Assembly (NCBI RefSeq): GCF_000143415.4
Contig: NW_003314356.1
Coordinates: 558,001-622,000, forward strand
DNA from: Selaginella moellendorffii
Taxonomy: Eukaryota > Plantae > Lycopodiophyta
Length of the DNA: 64,000 bases
Direction: 5' to 3'
In this document: positions 22,101 through 35,616 of the stretch, one piece after another
Layout: the number at the start of each line of letters is the position of its first letter
Numbering within the stretch: position 1 is the first letter of the stretch
Made by a program: the position numbers and the translations under genes
Notes under the pieces: generated by a model
Told to the model about the DNA's origin: nothing
The model's database searches: none
Seen by the model: only the letters and a program-made list of their open reading frames with translations

Positions 22101-25100
22101 AAAATTGGACTCAGATATCCTTTTTGAGAATTTTCTTTCGATCAGTCTTTTGTCCTTAACTTCCAGCCACATATCATCCTTTGGCAAATATTGCGCTGGA
22201 TTCTCTCCAGCGGTGGTATAACTTGCATCCAAAAGAACTACAAAAGCAGTTACAGGACATAGTCCCCTGTCTACGAGACTATTTGTTTGAAGTAGCGGAC
22301 TCCAGAAAGAAGACCATGGATTCTAAAACACTGAAGCTTTTAGAAAAAGAGAAAACAAAGGTACTTGCTTCTTTGCATAGTCGAGATTTAATTTTGTTTG
22401 CAGGTTGTTACATTCGAAGATATTCAAGTTCGCGTTCAACGTTTTATTGGTCAAATAGGGGCATATGGTCATTTTCTTGTTCCTGACGCGAATCTTTTGC
22501 AATCTAGCGGGACGGGAGGATTGTCCTGGGACGTGGTGGATCGTATTAAGTTTACAGTACCTTTAAGAGATGAGAAGCTGGACATTTGGCTTGGTAAGAA
22601 TAAAAAGTACTGGGTATGTCATTAATTGTGCTCGTAGACTGTTTGCTTCCCAGGATTGTGGAATTGGCCAAATCTTCCAGCGACCGGAAAATTAAAGTAC
22701 TCTCGTCTGAGTTGCTGCATGCAATGTGTTTGCTTATGCTGGGAAATGCTGCAAAAGGCCCATTACGAACCAGAAATGACGAGACAAATCTGGTAAGCGA
22801 ACATAGTAAATCGTCTCTTTCCTTATCGAGTTTCTTGTTCAGGGAAACTATGTGCAACTTTATAGAAAGCTTTTTCCTTCTGTTCTTTGGCTTGCGACAG
22901 ATGTTGAACCGGTAATAACTCTCTAGCTTGTATAGTTCGAAATTTAATCACGATATCGTTCCAGGTTACGCAACAACTTTTCAGTGAGTTCGCTATGCAG
23001 TTGATTCATTGGATGACAAGCAATACTCAAAAGGAAAATCCGGAAACTATGGCCCTCTTAGACGCTATACTTGAAGGACTTGTCGACGCTGAAAACGGTT
23101 CCATGAGGTGTGTCAATAAGTGTTTCGCTTTTTCTTTTAGTTCATATTGTCCTCCTTGCAGAGAATTATGCTCTCGATGTTTTAGCGAGTTCTTGCGTTG
23201 GTCAATTCGGCATGCTCCTCCAGAGGTTTGACAGTTTTTAGCAGTTTGAGACATGATTGTGTTTCGTTTGTTTCAGGCTAGTAACTTTGTGAATGTGACG
23301 TCTATGCTACGTCGCCTGTACAATCGTATGGACCATCCAAGTCCTTACCATCGACTTGGTGCATCTATGGCTGCCTATCAAATTTATCCTATCCTGCGGC
23401 AGAACTCATCCATTGTGGACCGCTACATTTTTGAGCTTGCATTTTTCCTCCTGAAATCTTTACGCGTGGGTGATACGGATGCTGAGCAGATTGGTAAGGG
23501 AAAAATAAGAGAAAGCCTAGTTTACTTTGCTTTTTGTGACAGGAACAATAAAGCAAGCATATAAAGCTCTGGATGGCATTGAGAAGCTTATTGTGCGAAA
23601 TATTAGTTTGCTTCAGAAGAATAAGAAGGACAGAGTGCTATTCTGTACCTTGGAAGACTTCATGACGTGGCTGTTCGAGCAAACAAAACTTAGTCACGAG
23701 AGGTGTCGCACGAAATGTATGGCCTTGTTATCTGCGGTTTGTTCTGCCTTGCCGGGTATGTAACATTTGTTGTGAGTGTTTTGTTGAGACATCTTTAATG
23801 GCTTTGCAGGAGGATCGTGCATGCACTGGTTTCGCGAGAGGTTCACTGGCACCCAGCGCCTTCATATGTTAGCAGGTTTATTCGAGAAACTGCCTTCGAA
23901 TATATTCACTGCAAAGTCAATGCCTGAGCTTTCGACAGCTTTACATTCTCTACACTGGTACCTAGGAGCTCAAATGATAGGTTTGGAGGAGATTGAACCG
24001 CTCAGAACGCAGATATTTTCTCGGATCAACCAGTTTGTAGAAGAGCTCCCTGCAAGGTGCATTCCTCTGAAGGAAAATGATAGTGCAATTCTGCATCTGA
24101 TGGCTCTTTTCAAGGACATTATACAGATGGGAATAGGGGCGAGTGAGCCTTCATCAGTTGAAACACCTTCTCGTGATGACAAAGAAAAGCTTCTAGCTGA
24201 GATCCTGCCGCTTCATTATGACAAGCTACAGCACCTATTATGCCTTCTGCTATTTAAGCCATCAGAAATGACGACTTTCACACCAGAGTCATCGGGTGCA
24301 GAAGAGCTTCGCATGCTTGTTTCGAGCGTTCTTTGGTCATTGACACGTATATCGTCTGGCTTCAAGGATGGTTTAGTACAAGTTCTTCGGGAGATGCTCA
24401 ACACGTCCTCGGAGTTTGATATCTCAACGCTTGAACTTCATCAGATCACGGAAGGCAGACTCTCTCAAAGTATGAACCTCGTAAAAGCGTATCAGCATTT
24501 GCATACTGTGGGAGCCTTGGTTCCCACGCTGGGGAAGGAGAGGTCGGAGCAGCTCAGTGAACGGCTCTTGCATACAGTATACACCATCAGCAAAGAACCA
24601 GTATCACCGTTGGCCGAGCCACTTTACGTGGAGATTATACGACTGTCTGTAGCATTACGGGTAGTAGTGGACCAACTTCTTCGTATTGTGTTGGACAAGA
24701 ACGGGGACACAGTCGACCGTGGCACCGACAGTGTAACTCCAGGAGGTAGATTTTATTTAAGCTTTCGAAAGGTGGTGGTCCAGCAAGTGAAGTTCTTCTA
24801 CAAGAAATGCCTACCCGTCCTGATGAAGGAGTCCGTGAGGAATGAAACGGCCAGGCTAATCCTTCATGCTGTTCTGGACGAGTATCAAGGTGAAACGATA
24901 ACAAAAGGAAGCTTTGTGGGGGAATTTCTCTTGCACCTTACGGAACTGCGACCATGCTATTTGGATGGTAGCTCTGTCACGGACAAACAGTTTATTGCGG
25001 GTATTATTCACAAGCTCTTGGTGCTGGATAAAGCTTCAGTTGTCGGTGGCTCTCAACCGGCGTTCCAATTTATTCTGGAGGTGCTGTTCGCGTTTTTAAG

Positions 25101-28100
25101 TGCTACCACACTTGGAGTTTGGAGCGAGTGCGCAATGCTGAGGAAGAGTGCTCTATTGCTCGTCCCTTTTTTCCTGGAGGAGTCCATGGACTCAAGCCTC
25201 CGTACCCGGCTGATCGGTAGCTTGACATCTCTTGTAACCAGCCATCTTCTGGTAAGAGAAGCTGACCTTCCTGACGGTTCTATGGAGAGAACAGACTATC
25301 TGGGGACTCTCGACCTGCTGATCGGTGCGATAGTGTCGTCGAGAAACTTAGACGCTCTGGAGGTTCTATTTCCGCTTCTTCAGAACCCGACAGGCCTCAC
25401 AACGCCACCACTTTCTGAAGCGCTGCGAGCTTATGCACAGAATATTGGAGACAAAAGAGTTGCTGCGTTCAGCTATTGTATGGACGTTTTGAAAGATGCA
25501 ACCAAACTTCCCAGGCTCAGAAAAGCAGTGCTGGACTACTTCTTCGTTCCTCTGATCTGCTTGTCTCCGGTTGACACGCTTACGGGCTGGTTCACGCCTC
25601 GTGTAACCGAGCTCATGGATTCTCTCGGTCGGACAGTAATGAGTCCAGACATGGAAACGGAACAGGAGCTTTTACTTGCAAAGATATACAGCTATACACT
25701 TCTGGAGCTGCTGTTTACTCAAGTTGACAAGGAAAGGATCACATTCTCTTATCAGCAGTTGATGAAGTTTGCATCGAATGACACCCGTGGGAAGAACGAT
25801 CCTAGAGTCTATCCGTTTCAAGAGAATGTGAGCTTTTGGCGTGATCTACACGTATCGGCATACACCTGCTTGGCGGCCGTGGTAATGTGCACGCAGAAAG
25901 ACGAGAAGATCTTCAATCTGCTGTTCAAAGACGCTGGAAATCCTCTGTGGCAACACCTCGTCGACTGCAGCAAAGTTTACAGTTCTTTTCCCGTTCAAAC
26001 GAGCACACTGGTTGAGAGCCATGCTATCGTGAAGGGAATCCGAGCCATGATCAAGGGACACGGGCCACGCCGTGGAACGTCTTCCATGACACTCTCGTCG
26101 CAGTATCTTGTTGGAATGAGCACGAGCCAAGAACCGACTGTGATCAGCAGCTTTGTCGGGGACAACAGTATGGCATCTTTACCAGAGACTGATGAAAACG
26201 TAGAGCAAGCAGCAAACGAACAAACGGAGGAACACGTCGAGTTTGTGGCTCTGGATCAAGACGATTTCGATCAGCATCCATGCATGGGAGTTATCCTCAG
26301 GCTTATCGATCATTTGCATTCGAGATTTGGAAGTACAAGCAGCCAACAGATGCCCGAGTGGATGAAATCTATCCATGCAACGCTGGAGAGCAGTTCAACT
26401 CATGCAAACGTTCGGTTGTTTTTGGGGAAGGTGGTGGTGAAGGCCAGGAAAGTCTTTGCCAGGTTCTCAGACACGTTCTTCCAGCCGCTAGTGAACGTCA
26501 TTCTTCACGACCCGCCAACTACAGGAGGTTTCTCCTTTCACTACGTCCTTCGTGACATCTCAATCACAATTCTTCAGTGGGATGTCAAGGAGCCGACGGA
26601 TAGGCACACTGCTTCGAGGTTTATTGATCACTTGATGGCAGTAGCAGCGCACGAGTCAAGCCAGGTTTTAAGAGCGAATGTGGAGATCATCAAAGCATTT
26701 ATACAGCTCTGGAAGGACCGCGTCAACATTGACGGAAGGCTGATTCTAAAGTATCTTCAAGCTGGAGGCAAAAGCACGAACACTTCAGACAGGCAGCTCG
26801 CTATTCAAAAGTCCGTGGGGCTGCAGCTGTTTGCGACAGTGGTGTCGTCCTCAGGATCAGTAAACCAAGGACTCGAGAGGCTCGCTGTTGGACGCGAGGA
26901 TGTCTATGAGACGCTTCTGAGCAATCTAAAGCTAAAAGCGAAGGAAGTGTTTGCGGCTTCCGCGGACGTGCTTGGGATGGTATTAAGAGACAAAAGCGAG
27001 GATACAGACTTATCCGCCGTCGAGAACAAGTTCAAGCAGTTTTTCGTGTCAACCTTCAAGGAAAGAAACTACAGCAAGTGCCTTGTCATATTGGACCGCT
27101 TGACTTCCAAGTACCCTCCTTATGTTGGAGCTTACATTCATGTGCTGATCGACTTGCTGCCTCGGTTGCATGGTCCTTCAAAGACAGTTGCGCTGGATAT
27201 CCTACTTCGAGATCCGGCCACAGCCAACAGCTACTTCAACATGATCGTCTCTTTTCTCTCAAAGCTTCTTCGTCACCGCGATCCAAAAGGTCAGCTCCGG
27301 TCGCTACAACTTTTTGCGGAGGTGGTGAAAGGGGAGGCCGACCCGAATAGCACTCAAAAGGTCGTTTTGGAGACTTGTGATGCATTCGTGCATTACGAAA
27401 CAGAGGAATGCCGCTTGCAGTTCTACCAGATGCTTATGTTTCTTTATGAAACGAAGAAGCTGCCGCACGATAGCAGGATCGCTCGATTTTTGGTTCTGGG
27501 ATTGTGTGATGTGGCCGACAGCGTGCGACAGAGTCTGCAATCATTCTGGGATGCCCAGCTTCCGGAAAACATGATGGAGCGTTTCAGTCACGTCCTCAAC
27601 AACATGCACCTTCCGGATATCGAGAGCCACTGGACTTCGTTTACAAATGTTTTGCTGCTCAAGGTTTGTCATTTTGCCATTCGCGATCTTGTGACTAAAC
27701 CTTTTCAAACTTGCAGCTGTGCCAGAGATCAGTGGACTACCGACGTCCTATCTTTAATGCTCCTCTCTCCGATTGTGAGTTTCAGGAGCGACAAATTGAT
27801 TCCTCAGCGGTGGGGGGCAGCTTGCCAATGACTCCCCTATTCTCGGAAGCAGGATCACTTCGCTCTATGAAAGAAAGTCAGCTTGCCGAGGCTAATGCAT
27901 CACTGGCTATTGTCAACCATGGTCGTGGAGGATTGATCCGAGCAACGGCATCATACACCCCGTCAATGACAATACTTGAGGGCAGTGACGAACCTGGACA
28001 GACTCAAAACGCAGCGGACGGATCTCAAAACGTGGCGGTCGTTGATCCTGTCACAAGGCTGAACCGGCGTTTGTACCACGTCAAGGAATCCCGCGCTGGA

Positions 28101-31100
28101 ACGCTGAGAAACGTTTTTAATGCAACAAGGAAACGCAAGGCCTTGCAGTCAACTGAAGCTTTTGAACGTGCCAACAAGGTCCAGATCATGAGGCAATACC
28201 GTACAGGTGCTTGAATCTTCGTGTTGTAACTTACTTCATTGTTCTTCCGTGTCTACAGGTGAACTTCCTGATATTGAGATCAAACACGAAGACATTATCG
28301 GCCCCATGGGGTCACTGGCTGAGCGGGACGCAACGTTTGCTAGACTTTTACTATCGAGTACCTTCGGGGCCTTCTGGCAGAACGATGTTACGACAGTGAA
28401 GACTGAAATCAGGACAGGCTTTGAGAACGCGCTAGAACGAACTCACAGCGAGAGCACATTGGTCGGGACAATCCAGGATCTCTGTTTAAAAGATAGAGAC
28501 GCCTGGATAAAGCCAGAAGTTGCCGGTTCCGCGAGCTACAACTCACAGAATTTCCATTCCGGCATTCTGCTTCTGGAAAAGCAAATTCTTCATGGGACAA
28601 GACCGAACCTCAACGCTGCAAAAAGACACAGAGGGCCATCGGTCCAAACCTCTCAAGATAATGCAGTTACAGAAGAAGCATGGCTGGAACTTGCACGTCT
28701 TTACAACGCGATTGGAGAGGACGATTATGTTTTATCACTCTACCTGAACCGCCTCACGACGCAAAGTATCAGCCATCAGGCGCTGGAGTCCCAGGTTCGA
28801 GGAGATACTGATCGAGCTCTAGTGCTCTATGACAAGGCTATCAACGGTACGTTATGCTGTTGTTTCTCCTTTTTTATATATATTTGCTTCGTATGCAGAG
28901 ACTCCAGAAGGCACTGCTTCCAAAGTCGAGGAAGACTTGTGGTACAATCAACGACTGGCGTGCCTCGTCGACTTGACCCGCTGGGGCGAAATCATGGAAG
29001 ACGCTTTATTGCAAGTGAAGAATGATGAGACCGATGAGTATGACCTGGAGAAGCTCTGGCATCCGAAGCTTCAAGACCCGTACTTGGGACTCTTCGTGAA
29101 AGGAGCGTTAAAAGTTCCTACACATCAATCTTTGCTGACGAAATTCCTGCAAACGTCTTTGGTGGATTCCACCAGAAGGGACGTCCTTCTGCAACGATTT
29201 GGCACACAAGTCGCGGCATCTGCGGTTTTCAACGACGAGATCGATCATGCTAGATGCTACTTGGCCGAATGTTACAAGACTTTCAGGAAGAGGTGGTCCG
29301 CTCTGCATCCTCTCGCGACTGGCGCTAGGCGACTGCAAGTTCGTATCCTACAAAGGGCTGTGGAACTGGAGGAGTTTGTCGATTTTTCTTCGAGACCAGA
29401 CCGGTCGAACATTTCAAGGTATACTTCATTCCGTAATTTTCTGCTTGCTAAAATGTTTTGGCAGGCTATTGAGCAAATGGCGCCAGCGTTGGCCCTCAAC
29501 CGAGAGAGATGACGTCGTAGCATGGGATGATATACTTCAAAACCGACTGGTGTTTCTACAGAAGCTCCAGGGCCTGTTTAATACTACACCAGAGGCTAAG
29601 GCTGACCAAGCCAGGCAGAACTTCACCAAACAGCTTGACGAGGAGCGTGCCTTTGGGTTTCTTCAGGCTTCCAGGGGAGTGATGAAACAGGGAGCCTACT
29701 GCGTTGCACAGGTGAGGAACTAATATACCTTTCGATTTTTGTCAAGTATGAATTCTGATCATGTTCTTCGTAGAAATATATGGACGAATACGTGGCCGTG
29801 GCAGAGAAAACAAGCTTCAATCCCACCGTTTTTAAACGGCTGGTCAAGCCTCGTTGTCTTCAAGCACTTCGCACGTCGGAAAGGGATCCAAAGAGTGCCG
29901 CAGCAATGCTAGAACAGGTTCTTTGCTTTCTATCGAATTTTCTTTTAAAACGTTTTTTCTTTTGTGCACCAGGTGCTGGACTACGTTCGTAAGCAGGCAA
30001 GTAAGCCCAGCATATCGGGTTGTGATGACTGGCGCAGAGTCACTATGCTGGTGGAGAGCGACACTTCCGCGCAGCTCGGCCGAACGAAGCTGGACCTTTT
30101 GATTGACAAGGACTTGGATACGAACGCTCTAAGCCAGTCCATGGCTCTCCTTGGTTCTGCTTACAAGACGTACTCAGAGTTGCTCCGCAATGCCGACAGT
30201 GTGCCACCGTCTCGTGAAATGGCCAGGACATCGTTCAAGTTTGCATGCTTCTGCGATGATCTTCTCAACACGGCAGACGACTCCAAGTGGAAGAGTGAGG
30301 TCAGGAGGAGCATTCAAGACAGCAGGCAGTCGTTTGGAGTGACAAGCTTTTCGGTGTTTCGGGAAGCTATGGTGACGAACATGCTGCGGACATTGTCGAT
30401 GGATGCTTCAGTCGGGCCTCAGCTTGCAGTAGCCAGGCTCATATCAATGGCTGGCCACCAAGAGATTCAGGCAATCTTCTCGGCCCGGATTGACAAGGTT
30501 CCAAGCTGGATCTTCCTGGGATGGTTGCCACAACTGCTGGCTTTGATGGACTCGAGAGAAGGCGGCCTTTTCATTGGGATACTGGAAAGCATTGCGCAAC
30601 ACTTTCCACAGGTTCTCTACTTCCCGTTTCACGTCAGCAAAGATCAGTATGGAACTGTCGGCTTGGACAGGACTCGGAAGCTGGCAGCCACTCTGAAAAG
30701 TCCTCTCTTTGAAGGCCTTGTGAGAGCTCTCGAAGACCTTACCTTTCCCGAGAAGCGGCTGTTTGATGGTCTCTGCGAAGTGAAGAGCTGCCTCATGTCT
30801 GGCAATCGTACCAAAGCTCGGGAGACATTTCGAGCAGTCTTCGCGGACTGTTTGGACGTGGAAGCCATGCGCAATGAGACCAGACAGGCCGGAGAATACA
30901 ACGTCAAGTTTGCGAGGGACTACTCCAAGCCGGTTGTGAAGGCTCTTGGCGAAGACGGTAGCAAGCTCCTACAGATGGACGAGAAGAAGTTTGCGACAGC
31001 CATCGCTGGAGTCCTGACGAGCTTGCAGAAAGCTATCAAGGACTTGCCCGGGGGGAAGTTAAGCCTGGCTTCCTTTTCAAAGTGGATGGCAAACTTCGAT

Positions 31101-32441
31101 CAGCCAAGAGGACGCGGCAGCAGCAGCGATGACTTGATCGAGATACCTGGACAGTATGATGGTTTGCAGTGCCCCGACGTTTCATCGCACATCACACTAG
31201 TTGGATTCGACGAGACTCTGATCGGCTTGAGCTCCAAGCAACGCCCAAAGATCTTGACGATGCGGGGATCCGACGAGAAAGAGTACAAGTTCATCGTCAA
31301 GGGTGGCGAGGACTTGCGGCTGGACCAGCGCATCGAGCAGCTGTTTGCGAAGATGAACAGCGTTCTCAGGGAAGACGGCGCGTGTGCCAAGCGAGAGCTC
31401 TCGATGAGGACGTACGCCGTCATCCCCGTCTCCCAGCAGTGTGGGCTGCTCCAGTTCGTGGACAACACCTGCGTTCTCGACGACGTGATCAAGGATGGAG
31501 TGGCCCAGCAGCTGGCGGCCGCAAAGCGGAAGGAGAAAGCGGGCGATCTTCTGGTGGAGCTGAGGAACCAGTACCACCAGTGGGTGGAGAAGAAAGGCGG
31601 CTCCAAGAGCGTCCACGACTGCTACAAGAATCTCTACACCAAGGTGAAGGCGGGGGAGATGGAGGCGAGGATGAACGCGCTCGTAGCTCAGGTGCCGTGG
31701 GATGCTCTCAAGACGGGGCTGTACAAGCGAACGAGCAGCGCCGAGTCCTTCTTGGCGATGCGCTCCCAGTTTGCTCGAAGCCTTTCGGTGATGAGCATCT
31801 GCGGATACATTGCCGGAGTTGGCGACAGGCACCTGGCCAACACTCTGATCGACATGCAAACAGGCTCGCTCGTTCCCATCGACTTTGGCTACAGCTTTGG
31901 CACCGGAGTGATCCTCCTCCCCGTCCCGGAGCTCATCCCCTTCCGCCTCACGCCGCAGCTGACCAACGTTTTGCTGCCACTCGACTCGCTGGGACTGCTC
32001 AAGAACGACATGGTCCGGGTCTTGAGCGCGCTCCACAAGAGCCGGCAGATGATATGCGCGGTCATGGACGTGTTCGTGAGGGAGCCGCTGGTGGACTGGA
32101 AGAAGGAGGCGGCGAGAACCGCGAGCATCCGGGGTGGCGAGGAGGAGAGCCACGAGCAGCAGCACGTAGAGCTCAAGATCGAGAACGCGCAGAGGAAGCT
32201 CGACCTGTGGAACCCAGCGCATGTCACGCTCGGGGAGCTCCAGAGCTCGGTTCACGCCGGGACGCCGTGGATGCATGCGATCGAGGCGGCGGTGCTGGGT
32301 GATCCAGTTAAGAACACGAGGCGGCGGATCGACAGGAAGATCTGTGCGTCGGTGGAGGAACAGGTGGATTGTTTGGTTGATCAAGCCACCGATCCAAATC
32401 TCCTGGGGCGCCTCTGGGTGGGATGGCAGTCATGGATGTAA
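19177..32441 (+). CDS. PRKDC: DNA-dependent protein kinase catalytic subunit (PIKK family)
   Basis: Very long HEAT region, YRTG|ELPDIEI motif, FAT domain, kinase motifs KGGEDLRLDQRIEQLF, GVGDRHLAN and PIDFG, and FATC CLVDQATDPNLLGRLWVGWQSWM*, which is characteristic of DNA-PKcs rather than ATM, ATR or TOR. Confidence 0.96.
22115..22170 (+). other. U12-type (minor spliceosome) AT-AC intron in PRKDC
   Basis: 5' site ATATCCTTT, branch site TCCTTAAC (22153-22160), 3' end CAC. Removal gives in-frame KIGLR-YHPLANIALDSLQRW. Confidence 0.9.
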
Positions 32442-32899
32442 TATCCTCGACTGCCACATATAATGCAAGAATTAAGTTCAAGCGATCCATGCAAAGAAAA
32501 ATTCAACAGAGCTCACGACATTAGCCAAGGTGGTCAAAAGTCTGTAAACCTTGTAATTTTTTCCCTTTCCTTTCTGCTGCTTGCCCTATTCGCAGGATCT
32601 AAGTATAAAAAGAAAAATAAATTCATGATGAGTTTGTGGAACTCACGCTCCGTAAGGAGTTGGAAACCTTTGAGACAGGCGTGCTGTAAACGCTGTGATT
32701 ACGGAGTTGGAACTGATCCTCTTCATCCGAGCTGCAGCATCGAAATCGCTGCCATCGCGCGATCCAGTTTTTAGTTACACTTAACATGGAATCTTTTCAA
32801 CTTGCCAAGGATATCCGTCTTTCGTACGCCTCCGTACTCTAATTGGTGTGCCACGTGGACTTGCCCTTCTCTACTTCGGTGTTGCCCGAGGAGCGAGCG

Positions 32900-35209
32900 A
32901 TGGCGCCGCGGCTGGCGATGTTAGGGTTGGCGGCAGCGCTGGAGCTGCTGCTGCTGCTTCACCTCCAATTCGCCACCGCCTTCTACCTCCCAGGCGTGGC
33001 GCCACAAGATTTCGCCCAGGTAAGTGGATGCTTTCTTGTGGCCCAGATCTGGGATCTCTGGCATTCTCTGGCCTAGATCCATGCTTGCATAGGGTGTGAT
33101 TTGGTAAAGCTTATGCTACACAGGGTGCGGAGCTCCAAGTCAAGGTGAACAAGCTCACATCTATCAAAACTCTCCTTCCGTATGAGTACTATTCACTGGG
33201 CTACTGTCGGCCCGAGAAAATTCTCAACAGTGCCGAGAACTTGGGGGAAGTTCTTCGTGGGGATCGGATCGAGAACTCTGTTTATTCTGTAAGCATGTTT
33301 CCGCTGATAATATTTGTTTCTAAAGTCTTTTGCTTCACAGTTTTCCATGAGGGAAGACAGGTCGTGCATTGTTGCTTGCAAAGGCGAAAAGCTGTCCGAA
33401 AAGAGTGCCAAGAATTTCAAAGAGAAGATTGACGAGGATTACCATGTTAACATGTAAGTCTGGTGGTAATAATGCTTTGAAGCTTTTCACATGTCATCGC
33501 CACAGGATTTTGGACAACCTTCCTGTAGCTATCGCTGCACCTGGTAACATGGACGGCAGTCATCTCAAACTTTACGAGCGAGGTTTTCCTGTAGGATTCA
33601 AGGTTAGTACCAGATTTCGTTTTTTTTCTTTTCTTTCTAAACTCTAGTGACCTTAAAAACTTCGCAGAGTGATGATGGGAAGTATAACCTTTACAACCAC
33701 CTCAAGTTTACGGTTTATTTTCACAAGGATTCGGATCAGGATTTCTCTCGCATCGTGGGCTTTGAGGTGTTCCCCTTGAGGTTTGTGGCTCAGTTTTGAT
33801 TTTGATTTGACTCGGAACCTGATACTGGTTTTTGTGGTTAGTGTGAAGCACACCTACGAATCATGGAACAAAAATAATCCGAAACTACAGACTTGCAACC
33901 CCGAAGGCAAACAGTTCGTTGAATCGTCAAAGACACCACAAGAAGTTGAAGTCGGGGAAGAGATCGTTTTCACTTACGACGTCAAATTCGAGGTAACTGT
34001 TACCTGCCTGTCTTTTATCCTTCTGTTCTCAACGTGCCTGTTTGTTTGCAGGAGAGCGCCACGAGATGGGCTTCGCGATGGGATATGTACCTTATGATGT
34101 CAGACGACCAAATCCACTGGTTTTCTATCATCAACTCCCTCATGATCGTTCTCTTCCTCACGGGAATGGTGGCCATGATCATGATGCGTACACTGCATCG
34201 CGATATATCCAAGTACAATCAACTGGAGACTCAGGAAGAAGCACAGGAAGAAACTGGGTGGAAGCTGGTGCACGGTGACGTTTTCAGAGCTCCGGAACAC
34301 GCTGGAACGCTGTGTGTGTTCGTGGGAACAGGGGTGCAGTGCCTGGGCATGACAGTCGTCACCATGATCTTCGCACTGCTGGGATTCCTATCGCCCTCGA
34401 ACCGTGGCGGGCTTATGACTGCTATGGTGCTGCTGTGGGTGTTCATGGGGCTGGTGGCCGGGTATGCCTCAGCGCGCCTCTACAAGTCTTTCAAAGGCAG
34501 TGACTGGAAGAAGATAACCATGAAGACGGCACTCATCTTCCCGGCCGTCGTCTTCTCCATCTTCTTCGTGCTCAATGCCATCATCTGGGGGGAGAAGTCG
34601 TCGGGGGCTGTGCCTTTCGGGACGATGTTCGCGCTGGTTTGCCTCTGGTTTGGCATCTCGGTGCCGCTGGTGTTCGTCGGCAGCTACTTGGGATACAAGA
34701 AACCAGCCATCGAGCCCCCGGTCCGGACCAACAAGATCCCGCGACAGGTCCCAGAGCAGGCGTGGTACATGCAGCCCATCTTCTCGGTGCTCATCGGCGG
34801 CATCCTTCCATTCGGCGCGGTTTTCATCGAGCTCTTCTTCATCCTCACCTCCATCTGGCTGCACCAGTTCTACTACATCTTCGGCTTCCTCTTCATCGTC
34901 TTCCTCATCCTCGTCGTCACCTGTGCCGAGATCACCATCGTCCTCTGCTACTTCCAGCTCTGCAGCGAGGACTACTACTGGTGGTGGAGAGCGTACCTCA
35001 CGTCGGGCTCCTCGGCCATCTACTTGTTCCTCTACGCAACCTTCTACTTCTTCACCAAGCTGGAGATCACCAAGCTGGTGTCGGGGCTGCTCTACTTTGG
35101 CTACATGACCATCATCTCGATTGGCTTCTTCGTCCTCACTGGCACCATCGGGTTCTACGCATGCTTCTGGTTTGTCCGCACCATTTACGCCTCGGTCAAG
35201 ATCGATTGA
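32900..35209 (+). CDS. Transmembrane 9 superfamily (EMP70/TMN) protein
   Basis: Signal peptide then FYLPGVAPQDF, ENLGEVLRGDRIENS, IHWFSIINS, EETGWKLVHGDVFR, nine TM segments and C-terminal VKID (KxD motif). Confidence 0.96.
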
Positions 35210-35616
35210 GACGAAAAGAAGGAAAAAAATTATCATCGCCATCATCGGTTGCTGCTGCTGGTGCTGCTACTGTGAAAAGTTTTGATTGTTTTCTTAATGG
35301 CCGCATAGCAATAGCGTAGCTAACTTAAAAATCTCTGGTGGGATTCCATTCAGCTCCACTTGAAACAAGGCAAGGCAAGGAAACGTAGCTGCTAGCTAGT
35401 AGATATTCACCGGTTGACTCGATCAGATCGATCTCCTCTGACGTAGAAAATCTCTTTTGCTTGAATCATTCGGTCAAATTTAGTCAAACTAAAGTCAACT
35501 CAAGAACTAAGCTCGGAATGGGATTCGAACCTCTCCTTCGTTTCTAGGGTTCTGGGTTAACCCTCGCTGCCTTGGCGGTGAAGCAAGCGTGCCTGAGCGA
35601 GAACAACGCCAAAACA

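Noticed and set aside
31169-32384. Long alternative-frame (377 aa) and antisense (395 aa) ORFs over the DNA-PKcs kinase exon
   Set aside because: Expected shadows of very high GC3 coding sequence; no recognisable motifs.
34469-35319. Overlapping ORFs (258, 226 and 177 aa, including poly-Ser) in the TM9SF last exon
   Set aside because: Frame shadows of TTC/ATC/CTC-rich transmembrane codons.
35511-35540. GGTTCGAATCC B-box/T-loop-like motif on the minus strand upstream of eIF6
   Set aside because: No A-box, D arm, anticodon arm or paired acceptor stem, so it is not a tRNA.
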